From: Candidatus Poribacteria bacterium
Lineage (GTDB): Bacteria; Poribacteria; WGA-4E; WGA-3G
DNA length: 64,000 nucleotides
Reading direction: 5' to 3'
NCBI GenBank assembly: GCA_022827625.1
Contig: JAJEIE010000027.1
Coordinates: 174,827 to 238,826, forward strand
Within the stretch, counting starts at the first letter, position 1. Each line of letters begins with the position of its first letter. The notes under the pieces were generated by a model. That model was not told the origin of the DNA. It made no database searches and saw only the letters and a list, made by a program, of their open reading frames with translations. This document shows positions 58,655 to 64,000 of the stretch, one piece after another. A program made the position numbers and the translations under genes.

Positions 58655-59650
58655 CTATAATTCTATTGAATCGTAAACTTCTGTAATAGAGAGGATTTCC
58701 AGCGGTACATCCAACAATTTCCTGGGAAATCCATCGATTTGGCTCCATTTGCGTTGATATTGTTGAAGTGCCTGCTGTCCTGAGTGGATACCTTGTAGTA
58801 GTAAGAAGGCGTACCTCCCGTCAGTGAGGACCTCCCGTGCTGTTGGATATTCCCGCGATGCCGCTTGGCTCGGCAGTTCTGCGTAGGTTAGCAGTTCTGA
58901 ATCGATATCCAAGGCGACGCTGGGAAGTGTCCCTTTACTATTTTTACGAAGTGTTGTTAGGATATAACCTTCCGCCATGGGTTCATCGGTAAATTGCCAG
59001 ACATCCGAGCTGGAATCAACCATGGGTGTCTCAGTGGTTCGGTTTCTACTGACGTTTCGCCGTATCTCAGCGGGTTGTGCTGCAGCCGTGTCCTGCTGAA
59101 TGGCAAGTGTTGCGCTGGGCTGGCGCGAAACAGGAGTTGACGTAGAAAACAGTTCTGCTTTTGCCACGGCATATAAACGTTGCAGTAGATGTTCATTGTT
59201 GTTACCGGACGTGCCGAGTTTTAAGGCGAAAGGTGCGACAAGAAGTGCCATCATCGCTGCGACGAGTGTATAATAGGGCAGCATCTTTTGTCGGACGGAG
59301 ATGTGTCCTGTCGGGAGGCAGCGATCGATGTACCGGCGGACTCGCGTCGTCAGCTGCCAAGTCAGCCGGGTGCTGATTTCGTAGACGCGTTGATGGAGTG
59401 CGGTGGGGGCACTTTGTTCGATGCGTTGCCGAAGCGTTTTTGTAAACGCTACATAATAGGCATCGGACGCTTCGGGTTCAACGTAGAAGTTTTCGAGGAG
59501 ATGACACGTCTTTTTCAGAGTGATGGCTTCTCGTTTACAGGTCCGACAGGTATCAAGATGTTCAGCGACATCTTGCATCTGACGTTCGGAGAGTGTAGCA
59601 TCGATGTAGTCTGATAAAAGGCGTTGTGTTTTCTGGCACTTGAAGCTCAT
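58655..59650 (-). CDS. Anti-sigma factor (zf-HC2 type) with a single TM and a periplasmic domain
   Basis: Has 'MSFKCQKTQRLLSDYIDATLSERQMQDVAEHLDTCRTCKRE' and a TM 'YYTLVAAMMALLVAPFAL'. An alternative start at 59746 would overlap the sigma gene. Confidence 0.65.
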   Translation of the reverse strand: MSFKCQKTQRLLSDYIDATLSERQMQDVAEHLDTCRTCKREAITLKKTCHLLENFYVEPEASDAYYVAFTKTLRQRIEQSAPTALHQRVYEISTRLTWQLTTRVRRYIDRCLPTGHISVRQKMLPYYTLVAAMMALLVAPFALKLGTSGNNNEHLLQRLYAVAKAELFSTSTPVSRQPSATLAIQQDTAAAQPAEIRRNVSRNRTTETPMVDSSSDVWQFTDEPMAEGYILTTLRKNSKGTLPSVALDIDSELLTYAELPSQAASREYPTAREVLTDGRYAFLLLQGIHSGQQALQQYQRKWSQIDGFPRKLLDVPLEILSITEVYDSIEL

Positions 59651-59729
59651 GGGTATTCTCCACGACGTTGCGGCTTTCGTGCGCTTACAAGGGTAGATCA
59701 TCACCGGCAATGGTCGTTTAGACTGGCAG

Positions 59730-60314
59730 CTAAATTGCCGCGGCATCTACATAGGGTTTGAGCAAAGTTCGGAGTTTTTTGCGTGCGTAATGCAAGCGAG
59801 AGCGGACTGTTCCTTCGGAGCAGTTAAGAATTGAAGCGATCTCGGCGTGTGTCAATCCTTCAAATTCATGCAGGATGACGACGGTGCGGTGTTTCAGTGA
59901 CAGGCTGTTAACGGCTTCTGTGACGTAGCGTCGGAGTTCAGATTTTTCGGCGTGTACGTGTGGGTCATTGGCATGGATTGTGCGATACCGCAGCTCCGCC
60001 TCAAATTCGGTTTCTGCTATTGTCTCAATAGAGCGTTCCTGTCGGCGTTCCTTGCGTTTGACGAAGTTGAGTGCTTCGTTCACAGCGATCCGGTAGACCC
60101 AGGTTTCAAAAGCAGCGTCCTTCCGGAAGGTGTGAATTGCGCGATAGACCTTAAGAAAAGTTTCTTGCATGACATCCTCGGCATCTGCGTGATTCTTAGT
60201 AATCTGCATTGCGAGTCGATACACCATACGTTTGTACTTTTCTATGAGAGGGGCTAACGCAGTCTCATCGCCTTCGCATAGGTCGGCTATGAGCAAGGCT
60301 TCAGTTCTTTCCAC
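59730..60314 (-). CDS. ECF-subfamily RNA polymerase sigma-70 factor
   Basis: Region 2 is 'YRLAMQITKNHADAEDVMQETFLKVYRAIHTFR'. Region 4 is 'EGLTHAEIASILNCSEGTVRSRLHYARKKL'. Confidence 0.85.
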   Translation of the reverse strand: MERTEALLIADLCEGDETALAPLIEKYKRMVYRLAMQITKNHADAEDVMQETFLKVYRAIHTFRKDAAFETWVYRIAVNEALNFVKRKERRQERSIETIAETEFEAELRYRTIHANDPHVHAEKSELRRYVTEAVNSLSLKHRTVVILHEFEGLTHAEIASILNCSEGTVRSRLHYARKKLRTLLKPYVDAAAI

Positions 60315-60475
60315 CGAACTTTCTCCTTAAGTGTTCTCAATGTGATTAGACAACGCCTTTTGAAAAACCGTTCAAAAAATTTTTGGCTATTGGCTATTGG
60401 TTGTCGGCAGTGGTTTTACCCAATATCGGTATATTAATGTGTTGATTATAGCATTAATGCAAAAATTGTGTCATT

Positions 60476-60507
60476 AAAAAAAGGCAACGTATCCGAAAAT
60501 ACGCTGC
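60476..60507 (-). terminator. Rho-independent terminator downstream of the Ig-like lipoprotein gene
   Basis: On the minus strand the hairpin is GGGCAGCGTA-ttttcgga-TACGTTGCC followed by TTTTTTT. Confidence 0.6.
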
Positions 60508-60532
60508 CCTTAGTGTCGAAATAGCCGCGAAT

Positions 60533-61189
60533 TTACTCTTTACCCTTGGTTACAAAGGTGACGCTAACATCAAGCGAGTTGCCTGCGGCATCAGAGACTT
60601 TACCTGCGATAACGTAGGTGGTTTCGTTGCCAATCTCTTTACCTTTAACGAGTTCGAGTGTACCTGTGGTGCCGTCAACGGATCCGAGCCAACCGACATC
60701 ATCGCCGGCTTCAGTTTGAAGGGCGATGTTTCCAGTTACTTCTTCACTGAAAGTGATTTCAATCTTGGCATCGGTGTTGATAGCTTCGGGATCGACATCT
60801 TTGTCACCATCGCTAACAGTTCCACCTGTAACAGTCGGTGGGTCCGTATCAGGAGCGGTAACAGTGTAGGTAAGTGTCTGAGTTCCATCTGCCCAAGTAA
60901 TCGTCAAACTCAAGGCACCTGGGGTGAAGGGACCGGCGACAGTCACATTTTTACCAGCAGCCGTAGCGACACCAGCACTCGACGTGACATCGGCAGGTGC
61001 GTTGTCGAAAGTCAGGGTAATACTTGCATTAGCAGCAATCGTTGACCCACTTGGCGGGGCTGCGCTCACGAAGTTGGCTGGAGCAGCTTCCGTATCACCG
61101 TTGTCATCGCTCTCACCACAGCCGGAGAGCATAGAAACGGCGAACAAGGCCGCCAGTAATAGTGCGAAGGTTCTAAACAATTTTGTCAT
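60533..61189 (-). CDS. Lipoprotein with two Ig-like (bacterial Ig/SbsA-like) domains
   Basis: Has a lipobox 'LSGCG'. Thr/Ala/Gly-rich beta modules 'TLTFDNAPADVTS...TYTVTAPDTDPPTV' occur twice. Confidence 0.55.
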   Translation of the reverse strand: MTKLFRTFALLLAALFAVSMLSGCGESDDNGDTEAAPANFVSAAPPSGSTIAANASITLTFDNAPADVTSSAGVATAAGKNVTVAGPFTPGALSLTITWADGTQTLTYTVTAPDTDPPTVTGGTVSDGDKDVDPEAINTDAKIEITFSEEVTGNIALQTEAGDDVGWLGSVDGTTGTLELVKGKEIGNETTYVIAGKVSDAAGNSLDVSVTFVTKGKE

Positions 61190-61820
61190 TAGAGTTAACT
61201 CCTTAAATTTAAGTTATCAAAATACACCCGTTGAAATCGGGTGTGCTAAAAACTTTCGGTGCTTCCCCTATATGTTTGCAAGAATGCACCCGAGGGAAAG
61301 TTAGCTTCCGTATTGTTGTTGATTGTACAATTCAACAGGGATGTTGGAAGCCTACGGTTGTATTCTCGTTCAGTCGAGTAACGTAGGGCTATTTCGTTGT
61401 CGCCCCTTACGGAGTCCGCAAAGAACGAACCGACACGTTGAGAATAGAATTTCGCGAGGACGGCTTGCCAATCGAAACACTATTGGCGAAACACCATTGG
61501 AATGCCGTACATTTCGCCCGAAAGTCAATATCTAAACGAGTACCTTAGAGTTTAACAAAAATTATAAACTCTGTAAAGGTAAAAATACCGGTTTTTTGGG
61601 AATTATACAAAAGTTGCTTTCTTTTGTCAAGAAAAAAACTTATTTTTTGGTAAATTTACCATAAATTTAAACGTTGTCAAGAAAAAAAATGATACACGTC
61701 GTTATGCGGAATCGAATTTAAGGACATTGTTCGATGTATTAAGTATACTATAAAGCGAAAAAAAATGCAAGTTTTTTTAGTAGCGGTTAGCAATCAGAGC
61801 GTTCCGCTGCGCTCCACTCT

Positions 61821-61853
61821 CAGCAGTCAGCAGCCAGCAGTCAGCAGTCAGCG
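61821..61853 (+). repeat. Heptamer microsatellite (CAGCAGT/C)x4.5 immediately 3' of the four-helix-bundle gene
   Basis: The sequence reads cagcagtcagcagccagcagtcagcagtcagcg. Its inverted partner lies at 62296-62318. Confidence 0.7.
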
Positions 61854-61854
61854 A

Positions 61855-62214
61855 TTAGACCTTCGTTCTGATATTTTTTAACAAGGCGGTTAGCATCTTC
61901 TTTATGCTGATGATTTCGTTAATTAATTCAACATATTGATCAGAATTAAGATATTTGAGATCGCGCGCAAGGAGAACGAGATATTCTGTTTCACTTGCGG
62001 AACCGACTGCGATCTGAAGAAAACGCGCGAAGTCCGCAGGAGTTTCTCTCCCGCAACCTTCAGCAATGTTTGTCGGAATTGAAGCACAGGCGCGCCGAGT
62101 TTGGCTTGTTAATCCATATATCTCTTCACGCGGAAATGGAACTGTTAGTTCGTATATCTTCAAAGTGAGTTCATGAGCTCTTTCCCAAACTTGTAATCTT
62201 CTGAAGTTTCGCAT
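61855..62214 (-). CDS. Four-helix-bundle protein (TIGR02436 / 23S rRNA intervening-sequence protein family; Avd-like fold)
   Basis: An RBS 'aaggag' sits 7 nt before the ATG at 62214. The sequence 'MRNFRRLQVWERAHELTLKIYELTVPFPREEIYGLTSQTRRACASIPTNIAEGCGR' matches the family signature. Confidence 0.75.
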   Translation of the reverse strand: MRNFRRLQVWERAHELTLKIYELTVPFPREEIYGLTSQTRRACASIPTNIAEGCGRETPADFARFLQIAVGSASETEYLVLLARDLKYLNSDQYVELINEIISIKKMLTALLKNIRTKV

Positions 62215-62295
62215 ATTTACTCCTTTTTTTATTATGGTAAAGTTTAGAATTACGTGGACATTGGCGAGGTTAGGGAACCTTGTTTGCATAATAGT

Positions 62296-62318
62296 TGACT
62301 TCTGACTGCTGACTGCTG
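62296..62318 (+). repeat. Inverted copy of the heptamer repeat (TGACTTCTGACTGCTGACTGCTG), followed by an 8-bp hairpin GGTTTTTC-gta-GAAAAACC
   Basis: It is the reverse complement of the CAGCAGT units found 3' of the gene. Confidence 0.7.
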
Positions 62319-62357
62319 AAAGGTTTTTCGTAGAAAAACCGCCCTGACTGCTAATTG

Positions 62358-63320
62358 CTATTCCTCAAACAGTCCCATCTGTTCGCTGGATGTGCCCGTC
62401 ATGTATGTTTCGAGCTGCTCTGGATTCAGTAGTACCTCAACGACCTTATCGACTTCCGTGGGTGCGAAGGGGAATGCGCCGCTGCGTATCAAGTCTCGCG
62501 GACCTTCACGTATGGGGGATGCGGGTCCGTCCCATCGGCAGGCGAGGAGTGCTTTGTCTTGGCGTTGGGCGTATCGGGCAGTGTGCATGGCACCGCCGGT
62601 CTGCTGTGCCTCAATGACGATTGTTGCCGTTGCGAGTCCGCTAATAATGCGGTTGCGTTGGATGAGGTTGCCGGGTGAGGGTGTGGTGCGGAAGGGATGC
62701 TCTGAAAACAGACACCCGTTCTCATAGATTTGCATGGCGAGTGAATTATTCTGTGCTGGATAGATAGAAGACAGATCTGTTCCGACGACTCCGATGGTTT
62801 TCCCCATAGCAGCGAGCGCGCCAGAGTGGGCAGCGGCATCGGTCCCGGAGGCGAGTCCGCTGACGATAATGAACCCGGCGGATACCAGTGCTGTCGTGAG
62901 TGTGAGTGTGAGTTGAATTGCCTCTGGGCTGGGCTGCTTTGTGCCTACGATGGCGACGCACGCCGTGTTAATCTCTTTTAATTCACCGACATGGCAGAGA
63001 ATTCCGGGGGCATCGGGGAGGGGCTTGAGTTGTGCTGGATAGGCTGGGTCTTCTGGGCATAGGACGCGGATGTCTTGGTTGTTGAGGGCATCGAGTCGCT
63101 CCCGGAACGTCGGGAAATTCCCAGAGACCGTGAGAATCCGTGTCGCGAGCACAGGGTTGAAGGACGGCAGCCGTGCGATTTCCGGGAGTTCTGCCTCGAA
63201 GATTGCCTTGACGCTTCCGAAACGTGCGATGAGTCGGTTAATCCGGACACTGCCTAACCCTTCAACTGAGGAGAGGGCTAACCAGTATTCAAGGGGTGTT
63301 TTTTTTTCTGAGTCCGCCAT
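62358..63320 (-). CDS. dprA: DNA-processing protein DprA (Smf)
   Basis: Has 'LEYWLALSSVEGLG', 'VAIVGTKQPS' and 'IVSGLASGTDAAAHSGAL'. The start is chosen at 63320; the ATG at 63383 is also possible. Confidence 0.85.
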   Translation of the reverse strand: MADSEKKTPLEYWLALSSVEGLGSVRINRLIARFGSVKAIFEAELPEIARLPSFNPVLATRILTVSGNFPTFRERLDALNNQDIRVLCPEDPAYPAQLKPLPDAPGILCHVGELKEINTACVAIVGTKQPSPEAIQLTLTLTTALVSAGFIIVSGLASGTDAAAHSGALAAMGKTIGVVGTDLSSIYPAQNNSLAMQIYENGCLFSEHPFRTTPSPGNLIQRNRIISGLATATIVIEAQQTGGAMHTARYAQRQDKALLACRWDGPASPIREGPRDLIRSGAFPFAPTEVDKVVEVLLNPEQLETYMTGTSSEQMGLFEE

Positions 63321-63493
63321 GTATGTAGGTCCTGTTGGGTAGGGTGTTGGATTTATATACCTATATATTAAGGAGTATAGCATATTGTTAAGGAGAGTGT
63401 CAAGGGCACTGCTAACTGTTTAATAACATTGACAAATAACCAAAAAAAGATTAGAATTAAATTTAAAAGAGATAAGTCAATAGGGAGACAAAA

Positions 63494-64000
63494 ATGGAGA
63501 CGGCTCCGATACGGCTGCTGGCAGTCAATGAAATGAGTAGGCATTATGGTGGGGTCATTGCGCTATCGGATGTGACGATGGCGGTGCACCCGGGACAAAT
63601 TTTCAGCTTAATCGGACCTAACGGTGCCGGGAAGACGACGCTCTTCAACTGCGTCACTGGTCTTGATAGCCCAACATTCGGCAGTGTCGATTTCTTAGGG
63701 GAATCCATCACCGGCTTGCGTCCGGACCAGGTTACAAACCTCGGTATCGGTAGGACTTTCCAGAACATCCGCCTCTTCACGGAACTCACAGTCCTTGATA
63801 ACGTCAAAATCGGACGGCATCCTCGCACTTCAAGCAGCTTCATCGGCTCGGTGTTCCGCACAAAGATACAACAGCGGGAGGAGGCGGATATTGCTGCGCG
63901 CGCACACGATATGCTGGCGTTCGTCGGATTGGACGCGTTGAGCGATCAGTCAGCGGGGAACCTCTCCTACGGGGACCAGCGTCGCGTTGAGATCGCAAGA
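63494..64000 (+). CDS. ABC transporter ATP-binding protein (LivG/branched-chain amino acid-type), 3'-truncated at the window edge
   Basis: The Walker A is 'GPNGAGKTT' and the ABC signature is 'LSYGDQRRVEIAR'. The promoter-like TTGACA is upstream. Confidence 0.8.
   Translation, partial: METAPIRLLAVNEMSRHYGGVIALSDVTMAVHPGQIFSLIGPNGAGKTTLFNCVTGLDSPTFGSVDFLGESITGLRPDQVTNLGIGRTFQNIRLFTELTVLDNVKIGRHPRTSSSFIGSVFRTKIQQREEADIAARAHDMLAFVGLDALSDQSAGNLSYGDQRRVEIAR

Noticed and set aside
61200-61560. Possible RNase P RNA, tmRNA or tRNA in the long intergenic region
   Set aside because: The conserved signatures (GGAAAGUCCGG / ACAGNRA for RNase P, a tag ORF with a CCA-3' tRNA-like end for tmRNA, a TPsiC GTTCGAATC-type arm for tRNA) were not found by eye.

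Overview
This 64-kb window is a bacterial chromosomal segment with about 50% GC. Lipoprotein OMFs, TPR/ECF-sigma operons and a PorX/PorY-like two-component system suggest an FCB-group or candidate-phylum organism. All product calls rest on motif recognition in the ORF-track translations; no database search was run.

What the window contains, in order:
- A 5'-truncated RuvC-fold nuclease fragment sits at the left edge.
- A heavy-metal efflux cluster follows (1781-11351). It comprises a YHS periplasmic protein, two TolC/NodT-type OMFs, a CusB/CzcB-type adaptor carrying five CxxC metal-binding modules, and a 1222-aa CusA/CzcA-type RND pump with a CxxC insertion. An outer-membrane beta-barrel gene upstream (661-1710) carries an in-frame TGA after its signal peptide, creating a C-P-A-U motif.
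- Three secreted proteins follow: an FMN-bind-like protein, a double-vWA protein and a prenyltransferase-repeat protein.
- A long run of minus-strand genes spans 15741-28153:
  - a Zn-alcohol dehydrogenase;
  - a CoxE-type vWA protein co-operonic with a retropepsin-like protease and a tandem-domain protein;
  - the AT-rich island described in the next paragraph (19045-26319);
  - an orphan E1-alpha gene and a SRAP/YedK gene.
- Housekeeping and metabolic genes fill most of the rest.
  - An SDR, a PhyH-like dioxygenase, a sugar-phosphate isomerase/epimerase and two Gfo/Idh/MocA genes.
  - A sulfite/nitrite reductase with a C-terminal TusA-like domain next to MoeB/ThiF.
  - An aminotransferase/epimerase/HAD operon.
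  - RNase G, rplU-rpmA, two OmpA/DUF4398 lipoproteins, guaA and a class-V aminotransferase.
  - An ECF-sigma / anti-sigma / 1567-aa TPR operon.
  - An Ig-like lipoprotein, dprA and a LivG-like ABC ATPase at the right edge.
- Other accessory loci are a HigB/HigA-like pair, a histidine kinase with a REC-PglZ response regulator, and a four-helix-bundle (Avd/IVS-like) gene flanked by inverted heptamer microsatellites.

The best candidate for an undescribed system is an AT-rich accessory island at 19045-26319. It is bracketed by two diverged paralogous fused nucleotidyltransferase-HEPN genes. Inside are an XRE-HTH / HEPN-like / 3xS1 protein, a small SH3-like protein, a 600-bp repeat- and palindrome-rich non-coding region, a YgiT/MqsA-type zinc ribbon gene, and a 643-aa polytopic membrane protein co-operonic with the second nucleotidyltransferase-HEPN gene.

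No rRNA, tRNA or CRISPR array was recognised.
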